Position numbers and translations under genes: made by a program
Assembly: GCA_026023565.1 (NCBI GenBank)
Contig: JAPETS010000045.1
Span: 62,001 to 126,000, forward strand
Direction of reading: 5' to 3'
Source: Cirrosporium novae-zelandiae
Lineage: Eukaryota
DNA length: 64,000 nt
Notes under the pieces: model-generated
What the model was told of the DNA's origin: nothing
Seen by the model: the letters and a program-made list of their open reading frames with translations, nothing else
The model's database searches: none
Shown here: piece by piece, positions 24,457 to 34,934 of the stretch
How positions within the stretch are numbered: position 1 is the first letter of the stretch
Layout: every line of letters begins with the position of its first letter

Positions 24457-24958
24457 ATAGAAATAGTGATAGATGGATGTTAGCTGTAAGGCTGATGATA
24501 TTTTCCGACCATTCTCGATGAAATGATGCCAACCACTGAATAGAGAGAAAAGGCAAGAAATAAAAAAATAAAAATAGAACCCTGATGATGATATTGTCAA
24601 GGACAGGGATGCGAGAGTAGGAAATCGGAAGGAATACAGATAGAAGCACGAGAAGATATCTACCCAAGTTAAAAGTGGCGGGCTATAGCATCTTGGCTCA
24701 TTCTTTGGTATAGCCTAGACCATTGGAGATGGTTGATGATTGATGAATCATTGAATACCTTAAGGGAGAAGTAAATACCTAGGTAGACTACATATTAAGC
24801 CATTCGTGCCACTTCAAACCTAATCTGGAGCTATCGGATTCTTACGCAAACTGAATCTGAGTCGTTTTCTATACAAATCTCACATGCTACACAGTACAAC
24901 ATAATATCAACATAATATGTCCGTCATCATGGCGTTTTCCTTATGCCCATTCTCCCCT

Positions 24959-27418
24959 TTAGTTTTGAATCCCTTCCTCCCCGGTAGTAACGTCTTGCTT
25001 CAACCAGTCTTCCTGGACATATGGAGGAGGAGCAAGCTCTCCACCTTCGACCAACACTCTCCTCAACTCATCGTCAATCTCATCTCTTCTACGTTGCCAT
25101 TCCTCAACCCTAGCTAGCTGTTCCCTCAGCTCAGTAAGCTCCTTCTCAACCCCCATCTTCTCCTTCTCAGTCCCAATCCTATCAAATTCCCAGTCCGCTC
25201 CATCATCGCCTAGCCCAAGTATGAGATGATAGGAATGGTACTTCCGTAGAGAGGCACGGGTAGAGATGGTGACCAGTGTAATCCCTTTGTCCTTTGCGCC
25301 TTCATACAGGAGCCCTTCGACATCTGAAGACACAGCAGAGGTACCTTCATCAATAAAAGCATAACGGGGTTCGTGATAGAACAACCGAGCCATAGCCATC
25401 CTCTGCTTCTCCCCTCCACTGAGAACATCTTTCCACTCTTTGCGACAGTCCCAGCCGCCTTCTCGATCAGGAAGATATCCAAGTCGGACTTGTTCCAAGA
25501 TCTGGCGCAAATCACGATCCTGTCGGCCGCCTTCCCGTAGATCTATTTCACTATGTGGATAGATGACTTGGTCTCTTAAAGTACCAATACTCAGATAAGG
25601 GCGCTGAGGGAGAAACATAATTCCATCCATGCCCACTTTTCTTGGCCTGCTAATAAGGCCACGATATACAGGCCACAAGCCTGCCACAAGTCTGGCAATA
25701 GCAGACTTTCCAACACCGTTAGGCCCAGAAATCAGTAGATGTTCTCCACTTCGAACAGTTAAATTCAAAGAATCAAGAAGTATGTCACCACCCATTGGGT
25801 AGAGGGATGGTGCAACAACAGGAACCTGTTCAAGCCGAACTCCGTCATAGCCCTTATATGTACTACCTTGAACATCTACCAAAGAGTAAAGTTCATAGTC
25901 GCTATTTCTCCCTCGAGGATAGGCCTCGGCATGCACCCGGTGAAGTGTAGCAATAAGGGTGTAAACACGAGAAGTGTATCCGGCCAATTCAGACAGATCT
26001 TTAATGCTGTACATGATTCTCCCGCCCGCATCGGCAAGCGAGAGCATTAATCGTTTGTTCGTGATAAATTCTTTCATACGACCTCTTTCACGATTTGCTC
26101 TTATCTCCCCATCCGAGAGTTCAAGTACTCCTCCAAGACCTCCCCAGGCAGGTAAAAATACTGGGAGAGAGGTGACCAGATAACCAAACGCCGACCAGGA
26201 ATACTTGAGAACAAAATCTTCCAACATGTTGTACCGAATCTTGAGATTGTATATACCCTCCATCCAAGTCCTGAGATCTTTGAAACTCTTGTCGAGGAAT
26301 AACCTCTCCATTCCAGCACCCCCATAAAAAGCGACTTCTTCGGCATTTGCGATGAGGCGCGAATGAAGGCCCCTAAAGTCTCCTTCCCGGCGTCCTTCTA
26401 CCGCCTTCAGCTTACCGAATGGGGGCGATAAACGACGGAGGAGTGTAGCCGTAAGAAAGTAATTACTCAATAATCCAGTAAAGGCTAAAGACCCTAAAGA
26501 ACGGAACAATTGGTAATTAAAGACGCACAAATCCACAAAAGGTTTCCCAAGCGAGGAATATAGAGATGCTGCCGAATCGCAGAAAAGTGTCAAATCCTGC
26601 GTGATAAATTGATCTGCCTGCTGGCCAACTCCACCATCTAGGTTTGTGAGTTTATAGAAATTTAGGTGGTCGTTCAAATAAAGATCATGAATGTATCGTG
26701 TAAGCCGGGTTCGGAAAGCAATCGATACCTTGGACTGAAGAAATTTGATCATGGCGTTTGTGTATGAAGCAAAGCTTCCAATGCCGCACCATTTCATGAT
26801 ACCCCACATAAAAGCCTTTCCATTACCAGCAACAAGGTCTCGTACGATCTCACCATCCAGTCTTGCCACAACTAAAGAGAGATAGGTTCGTAGTAATAGG
26901 AATACGCCATGGCTGAATAGTAATCCAGCCTCTTTGCTTGTCCACCTTGGTATCATTATACTAAGTAGGCTCAAGAACTGATGTAAAAATGCCAAGTTCA
27001 GACCGGGCTTCGTCTGTGGGGGAGGAACTTGCATTGAATCGCCGAGTCCAGCAACACGCGGAGGGTTGAGAAAAAGCCGTCTATGAGCATCAAATGTAGT
27101 AGACTTTGTAGGATTAATGATGACTTTCGAAGTCGAAGACTTGTAAGGCACGAATATTGTCCTTGAGCCATCTTTGCCACGAAGAAACGAGTTTCGACGT
27201 AGAAGTCTCCTACCCTGTTCTTTCTCTTTTGATCTCTGTCGCCACCATCTTGTTGTTCCATACCCACTTGCTACAATTGATAAAAGTAAGGCAACGGTAG
27301 CTGAAAGCTTTGCGGTCTTTGGTGTGTCTTGAAAGCGAGCTTTGAAGAGATTGGCATAATGTTGAACAAGAAGCAATAATGGGTCATCGGGGCGTTGAAT
27401 CTTGGATTGAGAGGCCAT
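24959..27418 (-). CDS. PXA1: Peroxisomal ABCD half-transporter for long-chain fatty acyl-CoA
   Basis: NAEEVAFY EAA-like motif, LMLSLADAGGR, Walker A GPNGVGKS, FLPQRPY, LSGGEKQR, DEGTSAVS; single 819-aa ORF. Confidence 0.92.
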   Translation of the reverse strand: MASQSKIQRPDDPLLLLVQHYANLFKARFQDTPKTAKLSATVALLLSIVASGYGTTRWWRQRSKEKEQGRRLLRRNSFLRGKDGSRTIFVPYKSSTSKVIINPTKSTTFDAHRRLFLNPPRVAGLGDSMQVPPPQTKPGLNLAFLHQFLSLLSIMIPRWTSKEAGLLFSHGVFLLLRTYLSLVVARLDGEIVRDLVAGNGKAFMWGIMKWCGIGSFASYTNAMIKFLQSKVSIAFRTRLTRYIHDLYLNDHLNFYKLTNLDGGVGQQADQFITQDLTLFCDSAASLYSSLGKPFVDLCVFNYQLFRSLGSLAFTGLLSNYFLTATLLRRLSPPFGKLKAVEGRREGDFRGLHSRLIANAEEVAFYGGAGMERLFLDKSFKDLRTWMEGIYNLKIRYNMLEDFVLKYSWSAFGYLVTSLPVFLPAWGGLGGVLELSDGEIRANRERGRMKEFITNKRLMLSLADAGGRIMYSIKDLSELAGYTSRVYTLIATLHRVHAEAYPRGRNSDYELYSLVDVQGSTYKGYDGVRLEQVPVVAPSLYPMGGDILLDSLNLTVRSGEHLLISGPNGVGKSAIARLVAGLWPVYRGLISRPRKVGMDGIMFLPQRPYLSIGTLRDQVIYPHSEIDLREGGRQDRDLRQILEQVRLGYLPDREGGWDCRKEWKDVLSGGEKQRMAMARLFYHEPRYAFIDEGTSAVSSDVEGLLYEGAKDKGITLVTISTRASLRKYHSYHLILGLGDDGADWEFDRIGTEKEKMGVEKELTELREQLARVEEWQRRRDEIDDELRRVLVEGGELAPPPYVQEDWLKQDVTTGEEGIQN

Positions 27419-27424
27419 GATGAA

Positions 27425-27595
27425 GGGGGGGGGGGGGGTATCGTCAACCGTTGTTATTATTATTATTATTATTATTTCATACAGGGCGAGGAGGATTAAG
27501 AAGAGTGGGGAGTTGAATGATACCCATCCCGGGGGGGCTTTGTGTCTTATGGCTTGGTCTTGGTGATTGGAGAAAGAGAGAGAGAGAGAGAGAGA
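27425..27595. repeat. Simple repeats in the PXA1/SDR divergent promoter: G14 run, (TTA)n, (AG)n
   Basis: G run 27425-27438, TTA repeats 27454-27476, AG repeats 27575-27595. Confidence 0.9.
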
Positions 27596-27732
27596 TGATA
27601 TAAACGAGATAACTACTAGAGATGGTCAAGGGAGTGAATAGATGTTACTGACAGAAGAGGCATGAGAGAGTAAGAAGGAATAGACTAGATGATGATGGCA
27701 AGGAACTAAACTCGCTCGGTCATTCAGACGAG

Positions 27733-27738
27733 CCGAGG
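27733..27738. promoter_or_regulatory. Candidate FarA/FarB (CTF1) fatty-acid response element CCGAGG
   Basis: CCGAGG (the complement of CCTCGG) lies between two divergent fatty-acid metabolism genes. Confidence 0.45.
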
Positions 27739-27923
27739 CATGTGAAGAAATGAAGAAGGCGGGCGCTATGAAATGCCCATCCCACGCCATTATAAGCCCC
27801 CGTAGTCCCCCCCCCCTTCCCCCCTCCCCACATTTTTCCCCAGATTCATTATCATGAGTTCATCTTATCTCTCGAACCATTTAACATTTAAACATTTAAC
27901 AATAATTATATAAAATCACCATC

Positions 27924-28774
27924 ATGCAAATAAAAAATCGTACATTTATTGTTTCCGGTGGGCATGTTTCCTCCTTCCACTAAAATACAATCATGAGCCA
28001 TTGCTCATCTTTTTTCACAGGGCCTCTGGCCTCGGTCGTGCCACAGTCCAAATGCTTATATCGCATGGGAGCCATGTCTCAATCTTCGACATGAATGCTT
28101 CACAAGGGCAAGAATTCGTACAACAGCTGGGCCAATCCAAAGCACGTTTCTTTGAAGTTGATGTCACGGATACTAGTAGTATTGAGCACGCCGTGACCGA
28201 AACCATGGAATGGGCGAAAGAGACTGGGGCGGAATTAGGGGGGGTGATTCCTGCTGCTGGAGTTGGGCTCCCGGCTAAGATTTTAAACAGAAATAACAAA
28301 CCATTTGACATGGTATCTTTCGATTTCGTAATCAATGTGAATTTACGAGGAACAATCGATCTGGTACGGCAAGTCTTGCCACATCTATTACAAGTCAATC
28401 CAGCTCAACCAGACGGAGAGAGGGGGGCTGTGATTTTAGTTTCTTCCGCAGCTGCTTTTGAAGGACAACCGGGCCAGGTTGCATATTCAGCTTCTAAAGG
28501 GGCAATTGTGTCCTTGACGCTGCCGCTGGCAAGAGAATTGGCTGGGTCTGGAATTCGGGTGGCAACAATCGCCCCATCTCTGTTTGAGAGTCCAATGACA
28601 GCCAAACTAGGAGACAAAGCACACAAAAGCTTGGAAAGAGTAATGGAATTTCCGGTTCGAGCAGGGAAACCAGATGAGTTTGCAAGGTTAGTAAAAGAGT
28701 GTTTAGAGAACTCTATGCTAAACGGAACGGTTGTGAGATTGGATGGAGCAATGAGAATGCCGAGCAAGATGTAG
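27924..28774 (+). CDS. 3-hydroxyacyl-CoA dehydrogenase type 2 (HSD17B10-like SDR), 2 exons with a GC-AG intron
   Basis: MQIKNRTFIVSGG|ASGLG, GERGAVILVSSAAAFEGQPGQVAYSASKG (YxxxK), NGTVVRLDGAMRM. Confidence 0.9.
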
Positions 28775-29180
28775 GCATTGCCTGCTGAATTTGTAAGATA
28801 GAGAAAGGGTACTATATGATATCTTGCATTCTCCTAGCAAAGATGTCCACCATCAATCAGGTTTCCAATGCTTTCCTTCCCGCAAATTAGTCCCAATTGC
28901 TAGTAGTAATATACATTGGTTCACCTAACCCTAGATATTTCCTAAGGGCCTCTTGTTCTTCTGTGTCCCGCACATCGTTGAATATATCAAGCCATCTGCT
29001 CCACTCATAATCCAAAAGGCAAAAGGGGGCTGTCTACGAGTGCAGCTATTACTGCAGCTGTGGAAGGGGTTTGTGATGTGGTCATGGATTATACATAAAG
29101 ATGCTAGTTGATGTCCGTTCGTTCATGATTTAGGTTCAGGCTCGGCCTGAATAAGAAAACTGAAGGTATTTATATTTGGT

Positions 29181-29200
29181 GGTGTGGTGTGGTGTGGTGT
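29181..29200. repeat. (GGTGT)4 microsatellite
   Basis: ggtgtggtgtggtgtggtgt seen directly. Confidence 0.85.
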
Positions 29201-30138
29201 AAAGTAAGTTAAGGTAGTTTAAGGAGCCGTAGTCGCAAATATAGCTATAGTTGGGAGGGGTGTAATAGAGTCATATGTTAACTATACATAGTATTAAAAA
29301 AGTCAGCGAGTTAGTATCCATCCATATGTACCTAGGTAGGTATTCGCCCTCGCTAGATTCATCCTAGAACCTTGTTAACTATCTCGGCTTGATATGATAT
29401 GTGTTGTGAGTATGTATGTACGGGCAAGACAAAAGAGGAAAGACAGATATCAGCATTTCCCCTATCTCGACTCATCTAGGTAAGGCCGATGATAGTAAAA
29501 TGAAACAATATTTCCATTTGCTTCCCAAAAAAGCGCCTGTCTCCGTCACTTGATTCTTTCCCTTCCATCCATCCATCAACCCACGCTCTCCGCTCTTAAT
29601 ATGAAATAACAGAAATAGAAACAAAGGGGAAAAACGGAAAATTAATTAGCCTATCGGTGGCCCATCTTTGGCTCTTCAGGCAGACAGGCATACGCATAGA
29701 CAGGTAAAAGGGTAAGGAAATATGGATGAGAAAACCACAAGGCGTTCGTGAACGCGCGCAATCCAGCCCAGAGGGAAAAACAAAAAAGAAAAAATAGCGA
29801 GGTGTGGGAATCAATTCTGCCACAGAATAGTAGACATTAGATGCATCAATCAATAGAGCCCAGCAATTCCAACCCAGACGAGGTTAACAGCAATCAGTGA
29901 GAATCAGTTTGGCTTAGATAAGAAGCAAGAGCCACTCCGAGAAGAAAGTTTCACATCGATTCAATTGGATCCCAGCCGATCCCTTCCCATTTGTTCCCTA
30001 AACGCCATGCTGCTTCATTGGAAGATTGGAAAATCGGTCGAGGTTGTGTTTAGACGATGAATGATGATACCAGCAAAGAGTCGCCAGCCAGTCAGCGCGT
30101 TGCGTATGATTCGTTGATATGGGTTTCCTTCACGTTGT

Positions 30139-31077
30139 CTAGAAGATCACGCAACGACAACTTGGGGTTCTTTCGCCTTCATTTCGATCCACGTGCAAAA
30201 ACCCGCCCTTTGCTTTGGCGGTATCTTCTTCCTCCACTACCTCTTGAGGTTTCAGGATTAAGTGGACGACATTTGGGCCTTCGGGAGTCCAGTCGGTCTC
30301 TGCGCGAAATAGTAAGCACATAGACTAGAAAGATAAAACAGAGGAATTAAACAAGACGGAAAAACCAGTCAGGCTGGGACTGCAAATAATCATGATAGTA
30401 GAAAAACACAAGGCGACCAGTTCATTTTGTCTGAATGCCTCCTGAACATCACATGCGAAAAGATGCATGCCAATCAAATGGGTATATTATTCTGGAGCAA
30501 AGGTCTGTGTCAATGGCTCCCGAAGACCTCCCCAATTTAAATGTCATTCTACAAAATATAGAATCATACCTCTTAAGACTGTCTTATCTTCCAAGAATTT
30601 ACCAAATTGTATCAACCGTATTAAAGTAGGAGTAGCTGGTCGTGCCTCCCAATCTAGTGGTAGAATTGTCAGCTTCAGGAATAACGTCATCAACAATTTA
30701 TGCATACCATCCCGCCATTCTCGCCATATCGCTTCTTTCAGAGTCCAAATAGTCATGTTATATGGATCGTTTTCGGGTACGTTAATCTCTCTCCTCTTGA
30801 GATATCGTTCATTCAATGGGAAGGCGTGTCTGTTTCCATTTGGCCGAAGTAATGTGATCGTTAACGATGGACCAGGCTCATGAGCTGTAGTCTCTTCTGT
30901 AGGTTTCCCATCGTCTTGATGTGGCTGTATTGCAGATTGCGAGGGAGGTGAAGCATCATGAGGTTCGTGGGAGCTGTCTTGGACCGATTCAGGTTTTGAC
31001 GTTGTGGTTATGGGGTTGGTCTCTGTAGTGGCAGCAGCCTCGCCTTGAGAACCTTTTTGCTGAGATAGATCATCCAT
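30139..31077 (-). CDS. UBL3/MUB-like membrane-anchored ubiquitin-fold protein, 3 exons
   Basis: ITLL...G.RH.F, TLKEAIWREWRD|DW..RP..P..IRLIQFGKFLED...L, NVVHL..KP; C-terminal SCRCVIF (CaaX). Introns 30707-30654 and about 30569-30300. Confidence 0.8.
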
Positions 31078-31329
31078 CTCAAGAGGTAGAAATATGTGTT
31101 GTGAAAGTTCTTTAGAGAAAGATGTATATAGATAGAGTAGCGCAAGTGGCTTATATCGATGACCGTTCCGTACCTTCTTTGCCTTCTTTTCCCTACGCGA
31201 CATCTCTCGTCTGCCTTCAGCTAAGCTAGTTAAGCTCTAAGCTTCATTAACCACCTCTCTATCATTACCGCTTCCCAAAGTAATAACATCCTCTGCAGCA
31301 ACTCTTCAAACATCACGTAATCAGCCAAA

Positions 31330-31853
31330 ATGGTAATTTCTACATTTTTATACTTAAAATTTCTATCGTGGCAGTACTAATTTGGATATAGTCTCTCCGC
31401 ATAACACCTGCCGCTTCCCACCAAACTACCACTACAAACCTCAAAGCCTCAGCTCCCTCTGCTCCATCTGCACCAGGTTTACCAGATATATTGCGTGCCA
31501 ACCTTACCTCGCCCCCTCCAGCCCAAGATGGTTCAGTCGATCTCCAGTCTGCCCATCCTCTCGAAGTCCGCCTAAAGATGTGGACCCAAACACAAGAAAA
31601 CCTTAAGATGGCCGGCCTGCGGCGAACATTCGGAATGGCCGAGCCGATTCGTCGGGGCATGGAATTGAATATTACGAGAGCTGGAGAATGGAGACCTGCT
31701 GTCCTAGGCGGAGGTGCTGGGGTCGGGGAAGAGATATTGACTGGAAGAAGCGAGCAGGTAACTTGGGAAGATGTTTACACGGGAGATGAGACAAGGGAGC
31801 CTTGTAGTATGCATGCAGAGATGGAGAGGAGAGTCGGTATGGATAAGTGGTGA
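31330..31853 (+). CDS. UMP1: Proteasome maturation factor Ump1; first exon is the ATG only
   Basis: ATG|GTAATT...TAG|SLRITP; HPLE.RL..W, LRRTFGMAEPIRRGME, MH.EME.. Confidence 0.9.
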
Positions 31854-32120
31854 GGAGATAGCCCTAGTTTCTATGCGAGAAATGGCTTAGAAGGTAGAGA
31901 GTACTATCAAAGCTACGGCAGGTATACAACTGAAATGAAAACTAAATAAAGCTCGTCCATGGCCTTTATGTAGTATTGGAAGGCCCTCTGTAACTATAGT
32001 ATGGCGAAGAGATCTTTAAACGAAATGATACTTCGGAATGAAAAGTATACGAACAAGCTTTGTAGATGTCGACTTTTGCAAATAGTACATCAGTGGCCTT
32101 CAACCGGGTTTTACAGTTAT

Positions 32121-33381
32121 CTAGCTCGCCTTCTTGCTCCTCCTACTCCCCTCCTTCTTCTTCTGTTGTCCTTGCCCCTCGCTACTCTTGTTCTTGCGTT
32201 TTTCTGCCTCCTCCTTTTCCTTCTTCTCCAGAGCTCTCTTCACAGCATCTGCCTTTTCCAACTGCTCAACCTGCTGCTCACTAAACTTCCACAATTGCTT
32301 TTGCACTTTCTCGTCTTTGACTTCTCTCCTCAAATACTCGTAATCCCTGCATTCTTTTATCATTCGCCCTCCGGCGTTACGACCATATTCTGCCTCCATA
32401 GCTGACTTTAGGAAACTCTGAGCACCTTGCTCAGGGGACTTGAGGACGAGCCACCAAAATGGATATGTGATAATATAGATAAAAAGACCAAAGAGTGTTC
32501 CGCCGGTAAGCCAGCGCCGCATACCTGGCGTGCGTGTTAAGCCTGGATCGATGACGAAGACTCGACTATTATTAGGGAACCCATCGGGTCGTTTATATGC
32601 ATCCAGATGTTTCTGAAAGGCCTGCGCAAATATCATGAGAGCTAACTTGCTTCGACCAAACGCACGACTACCCTTGAGCATTTTCGTTGTTGACTGAAGA
32701 TTTAGTGTTGCGCCAATGTAGGAAGAGCATGTTGCGAAGATAACACGGACGTCCCGATCGCCGGGCTGGGCTCGAAGCGCAGGTGACAGGATCGAGAGAA
32801 GGTGATAATTTGCAAGATAATTGACCTGCCACTCTTCATTTAACCCATCCCCAGTTAAATGTCTCTTTCCATATGCAGGTGTCATGGTATTAGCGCACAG
32901 GATCAACATATCTAACCGACGAGGCGGCGCATTATCGACCCATTTTGTTGCGAATAAACGAATCTCATGCAATGAGGAGAGGTCTACTTTTTCAGCATAT
33001 ATCATCTCATTTCCTGTTGTGCTGCGTAGATCATCAATATAATCGACGAGGAAGGGATCGGAAGGAGAGTAATGGGTAAGTAAAACAATTTGGCCACCAC
33101 GAGCGGCGAGATTCTGAACTATTGCAGCACCGATGCCTGATGTCCCACCCTGAAAAGACATTAGCGGCTCGGTTTTCATGGATTGTGTGTCTTGAAATAT
33201 GTACCGTTATCATTATAACCTTGCCATGCATCAATCTCTCAGACCGATTTTTTGCTCCCCCAAAATAAATCTTCAGAAACCAGACACCAATAATCCATGG
33301 TATGGTTTTTAGAACGGTATAGAAGTAAGGAATGATACCGAAACCTTTAGATAAGATCTCAGTAAATATTGGAACAGGCAT
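32121..33381 (-). CDS. Retinol-dehydrogenase-like SDR oxidoreductase (PBR1/YNL181W-like), 2 exons
   Basis: ERLMHGKVIMIT|GGTSGIGA, FATKWVDNAPPRRLDM, VNYLANYHLL.ILSPALRAQP.DRDVRV, and hydrophobic segments. Confidence 0.8.
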
Positions 33382-33635
33382 TTTGCAAAACCAAGCACAC
33401 CAGATACGAGCGACAGGACTAACAAGGCGTACTAAAAGCAGTGAAGAGAGATGGGAAGATAAGATGATATTTTTGGCACCACGCTAACACGTTAAGTTTT
33501 CACTAGTTCCCCCATCAACGTCACACTTTAGCACTAAGTAGATCTCCCGTCTCTGTAGGGCTGACCTTCTTGAACTCCAACTCTTTCTCCGCGCCACAGT
33601 GTCACTCTCTCACTTTCGGCCTCAACTTATAGGCC

Positions 33636-34340
33636 ATGGCAGATCAGGACGACGAGTATTCTATACCTCTTCAAGACCAACGGGTTTTTGGGGCTGGAAT
33701 TAAGAGGAAACGTATTCAGTTTGTTCCATCCTCTTCCACCAGCTCGTCCACATTATCCAATCCAGACAATGGCACTTCCGTCGGAGATCATTACCTGTCG
33801 ATTGTACTTTCCAAGTCGTCGCGACCGGCTTCAGCTCCTCAAGAAGGTACAAGGTTGGCAGAGAAACGACAAAAGAACGAGGAGTTAGCAACACAATCTC
33901 GATCTCCAACTTCACTAGTCCTCTGTGAAATATGCCGTCTTCCCATATCCTCTTCCGACACCGAGGCATCTGTGACATCGAAACCCCACGAAGCCTCCCT
34001 TGCCCACCAAGTATGCCTATCCCATTCATACCCACCTTCTCATTATGACCGTGAGCGTCAAGGCCTCAGATACCTCTCATCGTACGGCTGGGATCCAGAT
34101 AGTCGGCTTGGGCTAGGCGCTTCTGGTGGAGGCATCATGGCGCCACTGAAGGCGAAGGTGAAGAACAATACTTTAGGCATAGGGGTAAAACTACCAAAGA
34201 AAACTCAAATGAAGATGGAGAAGGTTAGGAAGTTAAATGCGAAAGAAGTGAGGAGGAAAGACGCGGAGGGGAGGAAGAAGGCAGATAGACTGAGGGAGAT
34301 GTTTTATAGAAGTGAGGATCTAGATAGGTATTTGGGATAG
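33636..34340 (+). CDS. G-patch domain protein (GPANK1-like) with a Zn-finger-like motif
   Basis: CEIC...H.AS.AH; GLRYL..YGW....GLG..G.GI..P.....K....GIG G-patch. Confidence 0.85.
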   Translation: MADQDDEYSIPLQDQRVFGAGIKRKRIQFVPSSSTSSSTLSNPDNGTSVGDHYLSIVLSKSSRPASAPQEGTRLAEKRQKNEELATQSRSPTSLVLCEICRLPISSSDTEASVTSKPHEASLAHQVCLSHSYPPSHYDRERQGLRYLSSYGWDPDSRLGLGASGGGIMAPLKAKVKNNTLGIGVKLPKKTQMKMEKVRKLNAKEVRRKDAEGRKKADRLREMFYRSEDLDRYLG

Positions 34341-34934
34341 AGAGACTGAAGGTGGTAAAATTTGGAAGACGATGTGTAGGATAATAATTCACGAGGATAA
34401 CGACTAGCGTTTGATCAAATAGACCAACAGAAAACGCTAATACATGTTGAAGAAAGCCATATCCAAATAATTAGTTCCGACGACTTTACACATTCAGATT
34501 ATGAAAGTAGAGAAGTAATAATGCCATCATCGTGAACTTTTGCTACCTCCTTTCCATTCCCCGGGACCTCCACTATTGAATGTTTCGAGACCATGTATGC
34601 ATAAATTTGTTTATTCTGACTTATTTCTGCTTTACCTCCCCTCAGCTTGGGGGAAATATCTTTTATCTACAATTTGCAATGACAAGTTTATTTGCTTTTC
34701 TTGTATTTGTAGCCGACTCAATGTACACTCCTAATTATTGAAAGACGATGCCCTCCTATGCATTCCTATAATTCGCGCCGGCCAACCAAGAACGAAAAAA
34801 AGCCTAGACATACGCTCACTATATGCCGCTTAACCGCCGACATAGAGAAAAGGAAACACACTATATTCATCAATCATCTCTGGTCGAGTTGTGCGACCAG
34901 GAACCCTCGTTGTCACGAATATAGTGCTTCAAGG

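Noticed and set aside
28800..30130. Short ORFs and a possible ncRNA in the SDR-UBL3 intergenic region
   Set aside because: Only simple repeats and an isolated ATGATGA without a matching box D nearby; most likely convergent 3'-UTRs.
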